From Octopus vulgaris (taxonomy: Eukaryota), in the NCBI GenBank assembly GCA_951406725.2, contig OX597814.1, positions 34,348,001-34,412,000 on the forward strand: a stretch of 64,000 nt of DNA, given 5' to 3'. Made by a program: the position numbers and the translations under genes. Under the pieces are notes generated by a model. The model saw only the letters and a list, made by a program, of their open reading frames with translations. It was not told the DNA's origin and searched no databases. Positions 13,758 through 28,049 of the stretch are shown here, one piece after another; position 1 is the first letter of the stretch, and each line of letters begins with the position of its first letter.

Positions 13758-14413
13758 GGCACAGATAGAAAAAGGTGAAGGGAGAAAAAAGCATAAGAGA
13801 AAAGATGAGAAAGAAAAAACGAAAGGGAGAGGAGAGAAAATGAATTAGAGAAAGGAAGTTCTCTCTCTCTCTTTCTCCTTTCGTTTTTCGCTCTCTTCCT
13901 TTCTCTAATATTTTTTGCTCTCCTTCACCGTTTTCTCTCTCTCTCTTTCCCTCTTCCTCCTTTACTCTCTCGTTGCTCACACGTGACTATCGTCCATCTT
14001 TTTTCCACACGTATTCACCTTTCGTTTCTTCTGGTCTGTTGCACAGACCAGACGTATTCCCTTCTCCTATATTTTCTCCTGTCAAAGAATGTTCCTCAGT
14101 GTTCGCCACATTTCCCCGTCTGGCTTAGCAGCCCTCACTATTTGTTTCACTGCCCTGTTTTTCTTACCAGCTTTGACCCTCCGCAAAATCCCAAATTTTG
14201 GTTTGCGGGGGCAACTGTATTCACTAAGGCACATATTGTCGAGAATTGCTCAAAGTGGAGTAGATAAACAAACGACAACTTATGAAGGGTCATACTTTAT
14301 GTTACTTGTCTTGTTTTTCATTTTTTTCTCTCGCTGTTCGCAAAAAGGTTTGTCTTCGTAGTTCATGTTGCCTTTCGTATTTCAGATTTCATGCTTTTGT
14401 GTTTTGTGACGTC

Positions 14414-14415
<2 letters not shown>
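13620..14415. mobile_element. PLE-terminus-like repeat with an inverted partial duplicate
   Basis: 13620-13730 is the imperfect reverse complement of about 13935-14051; 14240-14415 resembles 10525-10768; internal hairpin ccctccgcaaa...tttgcggggg. Confidence 0.5.
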
Positions 14416-14463
<48 letters not shown>

Positions 14464-14795
14464 GTATGTACATGTATGTATGTATATATGCCTATAAATA
14501 TATTTTATATTATATATATATATGTATATATACATATATATATACACACATACACACTCACATATATTTGCTTAACCGAACATGCAATGTTAAAAGGAAA
14601 TGAAAAATCACCAAAGCCTGTAGGACAATTAACAGACGATATTCCCAGGAAAGTAATGAAAGCAAATCGATGACACACTCGTGTCTCTTGAGTCTGCCTC
14701 CTACAAAAAGACAATCTGGCTGACAAAGATCTTCTCAAAAACATTATAACAACTAGCAGTACCGATATGCTGTTACTGCTATCTCTCTCTCTCTA

Positions 14796-14814
14796 ACTAC
14801 TACTACTACTACTG

Positions 14815-14896
<82 letters not shown>

Positions 14897-14898
14897 AG

Positions 14899-14950
<52 letters not shown>

Positions 14951-14952
14951 AG

Positions 14953-14987
<35 letters not shown>

Positions 14988-14991
14988 GCTG

Positions 14992-15022
<31 letters not shown>

Positions 15023-15042
15023 AGCTACTACTACTACTGCTG

Positions 15043-15106
<64 letters not shown>
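14796..15106. repeat. Interleaved (CTA)n/(CTG)n trinucleotide array
   Basis: Direct tandem repeat with recurring GCAGCT interruptions. Confidence 0.95.
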
Positions 15107-15108
<2 letters not shown>

Positions 15109-15361
15109 GTTCTGTTATTTTGAAGAAGTAAACTGCATGCTGTTTCTACCCAAGCTCACTTTACACTGAACTCTCTCCTTTTTGTTATTCGTACAAAACA
15201 CTCTGTCCAGCCATTCTGAAAATATCGCCATTAAATTTATCATATTTTTCACAGAAGCGAACCCCAGCTGAACCTGATTTACGTTTTATGCATCTAGATT
15301 CAACAAAGTCATTATCAGTCATATATTAATAGTATCAGACAATGAAACAATGGTTAGTATT

Positions 15362-15552
15362 TGAAGGCGAGAAGGCAGGTAAAATACCTAGTGGCATTAC
15401 GTCCGCTTTTACGTTCTGAGTTGAGTTCAGGTCAGTTTTGTCTTTCATCCTTTAAGCATCGATATAATAAAGTACCAATTGAGCACCGGAGTCGATGTAA
15501 TCGACTAACTCTCTCCCCCGAAATTACTGACTTTGTGACAATATTTGAAAGG
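15362..15552 (+). mobile_element. Decayed SINE family B
   Basis: acgttctgag...ctttcatcc...gtaccaattgagcaccggagtcgatgtaatcgact. Confidence 0.7.
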
Positions 15553-16499
15553 AAAGAACATTCTTTTATTGAATCGGCCTTCGTATATTTTGAAATTTAT
15601 ATGACTGAGTCTGAATTTGCAAGTGAGCAAGAGTCAGCACTAAATACAGACGTACAGTTAGGTGCCCTACAGTTTCAGATCTGTGAACTTGTCTTCCGTT
15701 GTTCTTGTTATTGTTTTGCCCCAGGCCAGCTTTGATTGACTAGACTTCTGATGCAAAGTATTCTCGCCATAAGCATCCTATAGGTTTTTTTTTATGTGCG
15801 TGTAGAACATCATTGTCTAGTGTTACTTTCCTTTCTCAAGATGGCAGGACGTGATTTGAGGGATATTTGGTTGATAAATGTGGAAGTGTGTGTTATAATG
15901 ATTAGGTTATTGGATTGAAGAATCGCTGTCTCGATTTCTAGACCGAGTGATACCTCTCCATAAATCCAGTTGCTTAGCTGAAATGAGTACCAACTGAGTG
16001 ATACTTCAGATTTCTCTCTCTCTTCCTTCACTTGTTATATCTTCGATATTTCGCTGGGTCAGGGTGGAAGAGCCAAGATAGTTTCTACGTCTGAGAGTGA
16101 CTACACAGACACTGAAAAGAATTAGTGAAAGCATGGTAGTAAATCTCAAATCATATTCTCTTGAGAGTAATAGCTGTAATTAGTTATTAGACTGATAATT
16201 AAAATAGGGCTGGCTGAGTAACCAGCATCAGATCACACTCGATTTAATATTATGCTCTCTTTTCTTACATTGGAAGTAGATAACATAATTGTAAGGATGC
16301 AATGCTTTTCATTCAATAGACTCCAGAACATGAATGATACTGTTTTCATCGATTCCAGAGATATGAAACGAAAATTTGGCCAAATGAAGAACTTAATTCA
16401 TAAAATAAAAGAAAAGGAAAAAGAAAATAAATAGTGGTTTTTTTTCCATTTAATTTCACGTTTTACTGTATTTACTTTTATACTCCCTCACTAAATATG

Positions 16500-17800
16500 A
16501 AGACGTACATCGGCACGGAAATTGAGCTTTCAATAATTAAGAGGCAGACGTGCTAACCATTATACCTATGAAAAAAAAAAATACTAATATTGATTTTTTT
16601 TTACATTGGCTTAAGACCACAAATATTTGAGAACACAGTTGATTAAATCAGTTTAACTGGTACATGTTTTATAGATCACTGAAAGATGAAAGGTAAAGTC
16701 GATTCCTCCGGGATTTGAACTGAAAGCATTTAGTCCAGCCCTCTGTCGGTTTCCACCACACCATAATTTTCATTATTTTTACCATTATTATGTAGGCATT
16801 AATTTCTAACAGTGCAACACCACAAATATGGGCAGGAACGGAGGAACTCGATTAGGCTGATTTGAGCACTCGACTGTACTTAATCGATCCGGACGACATA
16901 TTTTAAGAATTCAGATGTAAAAGGGCATAAGTAAATACCACAAGGCTTTTTTCCCGTCCGCATATTACTAATTCTGAAACTCATTGTCCTCTTATCGTTT
17001 CATATTAATTCTTAACATGTACACAAGACATCCTATTTTTTGAGGGTTGACTTAGTCGATCTTAATCGACTCCTTTTTGGATTGGTACTTTATGTTATGG
17101 ATCCCAGAAAAATAAAAGGCATAGCTGGCTTTAGCAGGATTTGAACATAAAGAGATATAATTAAACACAAGGTCTTTTGCATGACACTGTCATTTCCGCC
17201 AATTTACTGCCCGTCGTAATACTTAGATTACTTAAAGTAACACGAAATCTATTGGACTTTTGCCCATTCAAATAGAAAACATTATTATTTATTAATCATC
17301 TAAAACGTTTAAGTGTCAGTTGTAAATTGCTAAGTTGGTAATAATTACACACTCAAAGATGATAGTGAACTGGTAGAATCAGTTTAGTTAACTGTCCTTT
17401 ACATTCCGAGTTCAAATTCCGCCCGGGTCAATTTTACTTTCATTCGTCAAGTACTGGTTGATTTAATCGGCTGTTTTCTCTTCCAAATTATTTCTCTGTA
17501 CCAAACTTAGAAATCAATAATTACACATCGAATAAAGTAGTGAGTTGGTAAAAACTGCAACGCAACGGATAGAATACATAAGTGAATCTACTTCCCTTCA
17601 TGTTTTGAGGTGAAATCCCACTAAAGTCAAGCGTTTGACCCCAGAAAATAAAAGAAAAAGGATTTTCATCCTTTCTTTCATGATCGATAATAGAAACTAG
17701 AAACATTCAAATTATACTGGTGCTAATCCAATAGACATTAGCTCTTCGCTGAACGAACAAGAACTTGCAATGAAATGGAATAAAAATAGAGTGTATGCTT
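16500..17800. mobile_element. Cluster of old, decayed family-B SINE fragments on both strands
   Basis: Repeated degenerate gatgaaaggtaaagtcga/ggatttgaac (minus) and gagttcaaattcc (plus) motifs. Confidence 0.6.
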
Positions 17801-19249
17801 AGGTGCCAAAAGTGGTAAATCAGAGCATTCGACGAATCATCGATTCTTTTTCAGCATCAAACCAAGTGCTTCTCTCTACGATGATTCTAAAGATGGAAAT
17901 TGTGAGTCTCTTGATGTAGCTACGTCAAACTTAATACTCTTACAGCTATCAGAAAATTTACTACAGGGCAAGACTTCTCTTTCTGCTCTCACTGTTCACT
18001 ATATGATACTTTAAGTTGATAAATGTTTAGTCGGTGAGGAAAAGCCCCATCCTCAGTCCTTGCCAACGTATCCAATGTCATAGCCACCAGACAGAGTTAA
18101 ATCTGCTCAATGGAAGACGAAGAGATGTCCTTTACGTTAGATTCAGACGACTTCAGGATAAGTCAAACTCGAGGTGTTAGCAAGTGGACATAATTCTACA
18201 AATTAGTAATCCTTGGAAGCGTAACTGTAAACCTTAGGCTGCTCTGACTGACGGCACTAACCTGTTTGTAGCCATAAAATTCAAGGGTTAATGATAGAAA
18301 TGTGTATCTGGGTAACAACATACCAGGTGCGAAACACCGATCATCGGTTTACATTTGATCTAGAACTAGAGGTCAGCTGTGGGCAGATGTGCATAACAAA
18401 GGAAGACCGCAAGACTACCTACTTGATTTAGTTAATTCGTGATTCTGTAATAACACTATTCTCCTCATGTTTGGTCCGAATCATCTTGATTTCGAGCATC
18501 TGTGATATTATGATGGTGAGATTGTATGTGTATTGAGTAACTGCTCTCGAGTTTTTAACTTCAATAGAATGTCCTTCAAAACATCCAACTTCTGTAAGAA
18601 AGGTTTTGAGATAAACGAAGGGAGGCAATGAAAGATCACTTTTGATGGACCAAGGGCATAACACCAAAATGTTCTTTTTAAGTAGACATTTACATCGAGT
18701 ATCTGAGTAGTCGCTGAAAAATGAACAGATTTGATTCGATCTCTTCATTGAAACACAGATGCACTTCCGACGGTTGTTTTGTTATTAATGTACGGTACCA
18801 CTGGGGGCTTTAGATCACTATGTATTCATCACTAACCAGCCATATTTACTCCAATCCTGCTTACAATATATTGGCTTGGAATCGTATAGCGTACGTCAAT
18901 TGCATCCCATCAAACAATATCTTCGCTTTGTTGTCATGTTGTGCGTCTGTAAACCATCATAGTTTAATTTATACGCATTAGTATGGATTCAGCTTTCGTG
19001 TTTAGCTTTGAACAAATAACCAAGGAGCATTATTAAAGCTAGCAAGTTGGCTGTGATGTCTTTCAGTCATTCAAAAAACTCTACAAACTACCTCTCCAAT
19101 ATTACATCTGCCATTTATTAAAATTGTCTATTTCGAATACCACCGTTTATAATTAATAATTGCTTCCTTAAATTTTCACTTTACTGGTTTGCTAACCAAA
19201 GAATTATAGACGATTTATGACAGACAGGATTCCTTCAGATTCTAGCAAA

Positions 19250-19720
19250 TGGATTACTGCCTAGATATTTTAAGCTGTCTGTGTTGTAGTCTGTATAGTC
19301 AACTATAATAAAATGCAGACAGTTTACACTCTCCTTATCCATAAACCTTATCTCCATATACCTTGGATAATACAATGCATTCTAGAATTCTTTCAATGCT
19401 TGTCAGATAGTTGGAAATATCAGAGCAAATTTGAAAGACTGCTTTTAATCGACCTTCTATCTCCTACTTTCACAATTCCAGTATTTCAGTGAACTTGATG
19501 TTCTTCAGAAGCTTTCAAGATATAGAAATAGAAATGGGTTGGACATCCAGTCTATATCGAAGTATAAATAGCCACTAGCTGCAGGGCATCACTGTTATTG
19601 CTACTCACATCTAGGACCACTGATCAATCACATGGCCCACAATGATAGTTATTATTTTGGGAGTGATGGGTTTTAACATTTCATTGCCAATCACTCACTT
19701 CAGTTTGACAGTACAAAGTG
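19250..19720 (-). mobile_element. Highly decayed L1/Tx1-like endonuclease fragment
   Basis: Weak resemblance to 26000-26810 (ctagatgtgagtagcaataac; ...ttgaaagcttctgaagaacatc). Confidence 0.3.
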
Positions 19721-20085
19721 TGAATACTGTAATCGGTGAAGGTGATTATGCGCAGTCTAGAAACCTTAATCTTGCTTATTACTAACACCCCAGTCACGTG
19801 TATATAAAAAATTTTACTCCTGATATCGCTCTAGGTTAAAACGCGAGATGACATCGAGCCTTACAGTTTCTGTTGAAGCGTATTGTTATTTTTTTTAACG
19901 GATTCCAAAAGAGCCCATATAGTGTTTTAGTAGTCAGGGAGTTTTTATATGGTCCCATTCCATTCCGAATCTTCTAATGTTTTATATAAACCCTAGTGTT
20001 GTTTTCAACAAGAAATTATATTTAGCCATTTGTTTTAGGTACGATTTCATGCTCTCCTAGTCTGTGTATTCTTTCTATTGTCAGT

Positions 20086-20844
20086 AATGATGATGATGAT
20101 GATGATGGTGATATTAGTAATAATAATGATAATAACATTTTTTATTTTTAAAAATCATCATAGTGATCTCAGTCATCACCTTGTGGACCATTATTATTAC
20201 TACGAGAAACCACTATCACTGTCTTCATAATTAGTGACATTCCAACAACGAAAACCGAACACTACAAAAATCACATCATCATCATCATCATCATCATCAT
20301 CACCATCATCACCATCATCATCACCATCATTATCAATCACAGCAGCAGCAGCAATAGTAGCAGCCCATCTGTTTATTTGGTTCAGTCTTCTTCTGGTATC
20401 GGATGTTTGCCAGACATGACAGGAAGAGAACAAAATCTCTGGTAATACTAGTCTTTCCTTCATTGTAAAATACGTAGTACGAAAAGACGTACAGCACAAC
20501 TAGCTGAATGTAGACAGCAGAAGCAGAATCGCTGTGTAACGGTCGAGTGCAAGGATACTGAATTTCATAACGTTCTGTGGACAATATTCCATAAATGAAA
20601 GAAGAGATGGAGCAACAATAGCCATAACACTCCATACATCATACACCACTTTCATCAACTGCAACAACAACGACGACGACGACACCTACATAGATTCAGT
20701 TTCAACAACAAAAACAACAACATAATCACATCGTATTCAGTAGTCGAATTCTCCGCTTCCTCCTCCTCCTCCTCCTCCTCATCGGCGTTGTCGTTGTAGT
20801 TGTCATCATCATCATCATCATCATCATCATTCATCACCACCACC

Positions 20845-20878
<34 letters not shown>

Positions 20879-21194
20879 TCATCATTATCATCACCATCAT
20901 CATCATCACCATCATCACCATCATCATCACCACAACCACCACCATCATCATCATCATCATCGTCATCATCATCATCATCATCATCATCATTATCATCACC
21001 AGCATCACCACCACCACCACCACCACCACCACCAACATCATCATCATCATCATCATTATCACTACCACCCCATCATTATCATCATCATTATCATCACCAT
21101 CATCATCATCACCACCATCACCATCATCATCATCATCATCACCATCATCACCACCACCATCATCATCATCATCACTACCACCACCACCACCACC

Positions 21195-21228
<34 letters not shown>

Positions 21229-21260
21229 TCATCATCTCCTCCATTACTACCATCCACATC
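20086..21260. repeat. GAT/CAT/CAC/TCC trinucleotide arrays surrounding a short unique insert
   Basis: Direct tandem repeats; longest 20800-21240. Confidence 0.9.
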
Positions 21261-22033
21261 GTGACCATCATTGCTAATATTACCATGAAACCCATATTGA
21301 CAATAACAACAGCAACAACTTCACACACAAACGAACGAAATAGTCACTATGATTGCCAACCTACATTATTACGCAAACAGACAAAATTATATTTTGCAGA
21401 AATCAACACCACAATTATCAATATTGATCCGGTAGTACATACATCCAAGAAAAATAATTATATCCCAGAAGGCAATATCAAAAACAAAACTGATATAACA
21501 ACCCTGATAAAACCGTGGACAATTTTAAAAGAAAAAGAACAAAATGCTATCCACCAATATAAATAAAATCCAGTGTGATGTAACTAAACAGAAAATATAA
21601 GAAAACAAAAACAAACAAAAGAAAAAAGAAAACAAACGAACATGTAAAAGAAAACACACCAATATAATCACAAATGAACATAAAAAGCATCAAAGAAAGC
21701 AATTAGCAGTAGTAACAATGGTATTGACAGCCACAACACACAACAATTTCAAGTAGCATGTCAATACTTCAAAAGCAAGCAAATTTCCATATACAGATTT
21801 CCAGAGTGAGTTTTGGCTAAGGATTTCCTACACTTATGTCCAAGGAAAAGTGGATTCTGGTAACATGGAGAAAGGCTTTTGCCTAACGATTGCTTACATT
21901 TTTTGAATACGGTGAATTAAACCACGTGATCCTTCTTTTGTGTTTCTGCCTAACAGATTGCATGTGCCTATGATAAATAATGTTTCACAGTTCTATATTT
22001 AACGTTTTATTTCAAACTGATTAATGTCAGTCC

Positions 22034-22102
<69 letters not shown>

Positions 22103-22113
22103 TACATATAATA

Positions 22114-22153
<40 letters not shown>

Positions 22154-22210
22154 ATATGTATGTATATATGTATGTATGCATGTATGTATGTATGTATGTA
22201 TGTATGTATG

Positions 22211-22255
<45 letters not shown>

Positions 22256-22728
22256 TCACCTCCACCCCCCAGCACATCACCACGCTATTAGATGATTTTT
22301 GCACAACAAGATATAATTTTTCGGGTGGTATATGCAAATAAAAAATATACTCATGCGATATCAATCAAACTATCCCGAACCAGATAATATCATATGCAAT
22401 GAAAACTGTATGCAACATTAACAAAAAATAGCGATATAGCGCTTCCTTTGCATCCAACTATAAGAAAAAGACTTACACATGTAGGAAAAATGGGATATGA
22501 ATAATGAGATTTTCTAAAAATTGTGGGAAGATTCGGAGTTACATTTATGTTTCAGAAATGGAAGGCAAGAAATGAAAAGCAAGGCGATTTCACGGACCCA
22601 CCATAAAATAACACTAAATTATGAGTGTTTGAACTAAAAAGCCCTGCTTATCAGTTAAGTATGTTCGTAAAATTTTCGGCTCGGATATAACAGGAATTCA
22701 CATGTTTTAATATAGGCACCAAAATATT

Positions 22729-23118
22729 CTTTTCTACTCTAGGCACAAGGCCTGAAATCTTTTGGGGAGGGGGGCAGTCGATTAGATCAATTCCAGTACG
22801 CAGCTGGTACTTAATTTATCGACCCCGAAAGGATGAAAGGCAAAGTCGACCTCGGCAGAATTTGAACTCAGAACGTAAAGACAGACGAAATACCTATTTC
22901 TTTACTACCCACAAGGGACTAAACACAGAGTGGACAAATAAAGACAGACAAAAGGTTTAAGTCGATTACCAGTGCGTAACTGGTACTTATTTAATCGACC
23001 CCGATAGGATGAAAGGCAAAGTCGACCTCGGCAGAATTTGAACTCAGAACGTAGCGGCAGACGAAATACCGCTAAGCATTTCGCCTGGCATGCTAACGTT
23101 TCTGCCAGCTCACCGCCT
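22729..23118 (-). mobile_element. Dimeric family-B SINE with 18-bp target-site duplication
   Basis: Two tandem cores (ggatgaaaggcaaagtcgacctcggcagaatttgaactcagaacgt); flanked by tataggcaccaaaatatt (22711-22728) and tataggcacgaaaatatt (23119-23136). Confidence 0.92.
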
Positions 23119-23424
23119 TATAGGCACGAAAATATTGTTGAAACATTGCTTAGTAGGCAGTATTGATTTTGAGCATTGGTCATTGAACTCCCTTCGATTT
23201 TAACTCATGAATATACAATTGACAAATCAAACTGTACAATTATTATCACGTATAGTAAAATGCACAGATTGTTGATAATTTGTCCGAGTCTTGTATACAA
23301 ATTAAAAATGCGTTCACTAAACACAAATCAACGTTTTTCGATACAGACATCAAGTACAAAATCGATCAGCTTTACAGAAATACTCTTACAGCCGTAACGT
23401 AATATTCAAATACGGATATGTATG

Positions 23425-23528
<104 letters not shown>

Positions 23529-24709
23529 TACACACACATACATTACATATATACAGAGAAAGAGAGGGAGAGAGAGCTAGGGAGAGATAAGGAGAGAGAG
23601 AGAGAGAGGCAAGAAGATGGAGGGAGAGAGAGAGAGAGGGAGAGAGATGTATGTATACCAATTTAAAACTAAAATGCTTCCTTGTTGACTAATTATTATA
23701 CTTAACTAAATATAAATATTAGTCAACATGGGAACCGCAACTGTCATATCTTGCTTTGGGCCCTCAATTCTTGATAGAGTCGTAGAGGCTTTGCTATCGC
23801 AAGAACGTGTTTTGACCATTTGTAGGCATGGTCGGGTACATCCCTTTCCAGCTCTGATCACATCCGATTCCTTCTAGAAAGACCTAGTAACAAACAGTCA
23901 AAAAGAAAGGAGCAGAAGAAAAGAAAGAGAATAACTGGTATAAGTACAGGATTGGTACTTTATTTATCGACCCGGGAAGGATGACAGATAAAGTAAACCT
24001 TGGCCATTATTTCAAGAGTGATTCGGGACATGTACCGCAAAACAATCTCCCCAACGCTCTAACAACTTGACTACTTCGTCACCTTCATGGCCTTCATGAC
24101 ATTGGATGACCTTCTAGAAATAACAGCCAATTATGTCAAAACACAAGGGACAAATATCACTGAAATCGATATGTTACCTGCAACTTAAAGAATGGTTAGA
24201 GACATTGGATAATAAGTATTTAAATACATTAATTCTACTAAAAACGTATGGACGATTAAGAGTAGAATTTCCTTGATTATGGATGCTCAAAATCAGGGCT
24301 GATATTAAAGTGATCAGTAACAATAACAAAGTATGCAGATGAGTTCAGTGTTTTTAACCGAACCAGCGTTTTTAGGATTGTCGCTAAACTAGGATCTTGG
24401 TCGGTTCTTATTTATAAAACTACAAATTGTGAGAAAAGAAGATAAAGCATGCAAAAACTAATAGCGACATGATTAAATCATTAACATTTTTTACTAATGC
24501 TAGTGTTAATAAGGAAGATAAAAGCAATAATAATGACGGTAAATTAAAAAAGCAAATAAAACATATGTCAGGCACAATCGTACATATATACATGCATATG
24601 TGTGTATGTGTTTATGTGTGTGTATGCGTGTATGCGTGTGTTTATATGTTTCTGTATATATGTATGTGAATACTCGCGGACTTGTGTATATGTATGTATC
24701 AAAAAGGAT

Positions 24710-24936
24710 AAAAGGTCCTTCTCATGCTATAGAGTTATAAGGCCGGTTTCCCAAATCCTCACTGGACGGGACGCCGGTTCATCGCAGGATTACTCACTTT
24801 TACCAGCTGAGTGGACTGTAGCAACGTGAAATGAAGTGTTTTGTTCAAGAACTCAATGCATTGCCCGGTCTAGGAATCGAAATCATAATCTTACGTTCAT
24901 GAGTGCAGCACCCTAACCACTAAGCCATGCACCACA
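24710..24936 (-). mobile_element. tRNA-derived SINE (family C-related)
   Basis: Minus strand: gtggtgcatggcttagtggttagggtgctgcactc...gatttcgattcctagaccgggc head. Confidence 0.8.
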
Positions 24937-24975
24937 ACATTTGTGTACAGACAGACACATACACCAACACACTCC

Positions 24976-25007
<32 letters not shown>

Positions 25008-25040
25008 TGTATGTATGTATGTATGTATGTATGTATGTAT

Positions 25041-25632
25041 GCAAGAGGTATAAGGACTCGCTGAAGGCATCCTTAAGAGATGATTGCATCTCTCCTGATA
25101 CACGGGAAGGCATAGCTATTGATCGTAGCAGGCGGAGAAGGATTGTGCACGAGGGGACAGCCACTTTTGAGAAATCTCGAGTTGCCCATGAGAAAGTAAG
25201 GAGGGATGTCAGGAAGGGCATCGCTGTTACACTTCCAGATAGGAAGTATCTTCCTTTGATACTGACATGCAATGTCTGCGCAAGACCCTGTTTCAGTAAA
25301 GCTGGACTCAAGAGTCATCTTCGTATCATAAAGCGAGACATATGAGTGACAACCTGGCCACTGGTGGTGATGTAACACACCATACTAACCATATCTGTCG
25401 GGCATGTGGAAGATAGTGTAATTCGGCAGGAGGACTTAAACGACATGCAAAGGTACATGAAGCCCAGTTACAACTACAGCCGACTATTACCGGTAAAGGT
25501 ATTAGTTGCCAATTCTGTACAAGACATTGTAGATCTTTAGCTGGGCTAAAAAGTCACATTCGATCACAGCACCAGTAACAGTTAAGCTTCGTGCAATGGC
25601 CATACTCGATAACGAGGGGGCAGCCATAATAA
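25041..25632 (+). mobile_element. 5'-truncated RTE-type LINE 3' end with three C2H2 zinc fingers, embedded in (TATG)n
   Basis: KRYKDSLKASL..AIDRSRRRRIVHEG..FE is an RTE-like C-terminus; then CNVCARPCFSKAGLKSHLR, CRACGR*CNSAGGLKRHAKVH and CQFCTRHCRSLAGLKSHIRSQH*; stop at 25576-25578. Confidence 0.8.
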
Positions 25633-25712
25633 TGTATGTATGTATGTATGTATGTATGTATGTATGTATGTATGTATGTATGTATGTATGTATGTATGTT
25701 TGTATGTATATG

Positions 25713-25746
<34 letters not shown>

Positions 25747-25999
25747 TGTATGTATGTATGTATGTAGGCATTGGGACGATTTGATCAACTAAAACCTTTC
25801 AAAGCGGAGCTCCAGCATAGCCGCAGTCCTATGATCAAAACAAGTCAAAGAGTAAAAGAATAAAGACTATACAGACATATATTTATATCCATTTAATCAC
25901 ACCAGTAAAATATGCAGACAAATCTGAAATTGTACTGTAAATAGTATTAGAACAAGACGACCACCAACAAATACGACTGATTTCAACGAACCTCCTGTT

Positions 26000-26810
26000 T
26001 AGCTACCTCGCTAATCCGGTCCATGTAAGCCTATCGCACTGGAAGCGATGCGTTCAGCTTCTAGTCAACGGGTCCTTGCCTACGAAGCCTATCTTGTTTG
26101 ACCGTGCGGAGAATAAATTTGTGATTTGTGTAGCTGACGATGTCAAATTGTGGACAATTGCGGACAATTCATATTATCTCAATCTACTGGTCTGTAGAAT
26201 ACTCTTTCTGAATACGATCTGGACAACTATTTGTTCGTGTTCAGGGTGGGAAATTCAGGGAATACGGTCGGTATTTGTCAGTCACTTGGAAACATTAGAG
26301 CAGGTTTTTCAGGCTTTTGAGCTCCATTCTTCAATCAGCTAGCCCAATACAGGCCAACCATGCATTCGAAATACTATTTCAGTTTTCCACTAGCATTATA
26401 AAGCAGGACGTTTCCAGAAAAGTCTTCAGAAACCTAAAGAAATCTGGTCATCCAGCCACTGTTGGCCGTAGACGGCTTGTTAGCGAAGGTATAGCCTTAG
26501 CTGCTGGTCACGTCCAGTACCACCATCTTATTTTCTGGATCTAAGATAGTTCATTGCTGTGTTGATTTAGAATGGTCTGGATCTCGTCCACGCTTTTCTG
26601 AATCAACACAAGAACTCTGCCTCCTAACTCTGTTTTAATTGAGAGATAAGGTTGTCACGTATGCACCGAAGACGGGTAAGAAGGCTCGTGGATCGGAGAT
26701 TCTGGTCTTACTGATATCCTTAACATCTACATCTAGTGACTTGAGGTCGTTGAGCAGTTGGCCTTATTTCCAAGGCGATCCAAGACTATATGCATTTACA
26801 TTGTTTATTT
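26000..26810 (-). mobile_element. Decayed L1/Tx1-like LINE ORF2 APE endonuclease fragment
   Basis: NVNAYSLGSPWK*GQLLNDLKSLDVDVKDISKTRI (EEP N-terminal motif), LDPENKMVVLDV and PDFFRFLKTFL. Confidence 0.65.
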
Positions 26811-27051
26811 CTGAGCAAGGCCATGTTCGAAACAAAGAGGACAATGAGAAAGCCCTCCCTTTTTTAATTCTATGTGTGAAGGAGGGGAAGTAGGGTGTTC
26901 CGTTCCTTTGGTTGGATGTTGCTGTTTACAAGAAAAGGGAGGTGCTTCTTTCGTTGCTGTTACTTCCGATGTTACTGTTGCTGCCTCTGCTGCTATTTCT
27001 GGTTCCGCCTGAACAGTTTAGCGAACCCATAAACACCGGATTTATTAATCG

Positions 27052-27265
27052 TGGTTTGAAATTGTGGCACAACACCAGCTAGTTCTAAGTGAGGATAAGT
27101 CGATCACATCGACACCAGTGATCAACTGGTACTTATTTTATCAACCCTAGATGAAAGAAAAGCAAAGCCAACCTCGGCGGAATTTGAACTTAGACCGTAA
27201 AGACAGACGAAATGCCACTAAACATTTTCCACGGTGCTCTAACGATTCTTCCAGCTCACCGCCTT
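27052..27265 (-). mobile_element. SINE family B
   Basis: aactggtacttattttatc...acctcggcggaatttgaact...ccagctcaccgcc. Confidence 0.85.
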
Positions 27266-28049
27266 GTAGTGCCTTAATATTATATTGTGTTATATTGTGT
27301 TGCAGTAGATGTGGGATTAAGTATTTTGAAGCGACAATTTTATTTTTCGTGTTTGCTTCTCATTCTCACTGTTGGTTTTATTTTCATAGTATTTGTTCTT
27401 GTTTTCATTTTGTTTCTTATTGTTGCTTTCGTTTCTTTGTTGCTCCTGTCAGCATTGGTCATGGTGGTGGTATGGATGGTGATTTTTTATGATGGGGAAG
27501 ACAGAATCAAGACAACCCTTTCAATCATTAATCTCACTTACCTGGCTTTCCGCTGAAAAATTCGAAGCTGTACTGCCTTAAAATTTTTAAAGAAATTATT
27601 AATTTCATAAAATTAATCACAAATTCCATAATGAAGGGTCGAAAATACATCGGAGCCGATGAGCTACTCAGAGCCATTAGCAGTTTATGGAAACATAGAA
27701 CAAACACTTTGAAAATATATCCTTAAAAAACAAAATATAACAGAACTTACGAGCGATTCGAAGTGACGTGTTGTTACTAAATCATACGATGAACGGTAAG
27801 GCTAAGTGTTATAAAGATGAGTGAAGTGGGACAAATAGTTATAAAAGACGAGTTGATAGATGAAAGACGTTGTACAATTAAAAGTGGGATGAATTAATTT
27901 TTTTTAAAAGTAACTGATTAGACAGAAGTAAAGGAAAAGTACCAAAACATACAATACTTACAACATTTATAATTAAAAAGAAAATTAGCCGAAAATAAAA
28001 CATTGAGTTCTTCTAAATATATAGGAGAGAAACCAATGGTTTGATTGGG

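Noticed and set aside
20500-20685. SILALDRYTAI, resembling the class A GPCR DRY motif
   Set aside because: Stop shortly after, wrong Cys spacing and no other TM motifs; the opposite strand looks more like a decayed RTE fragment
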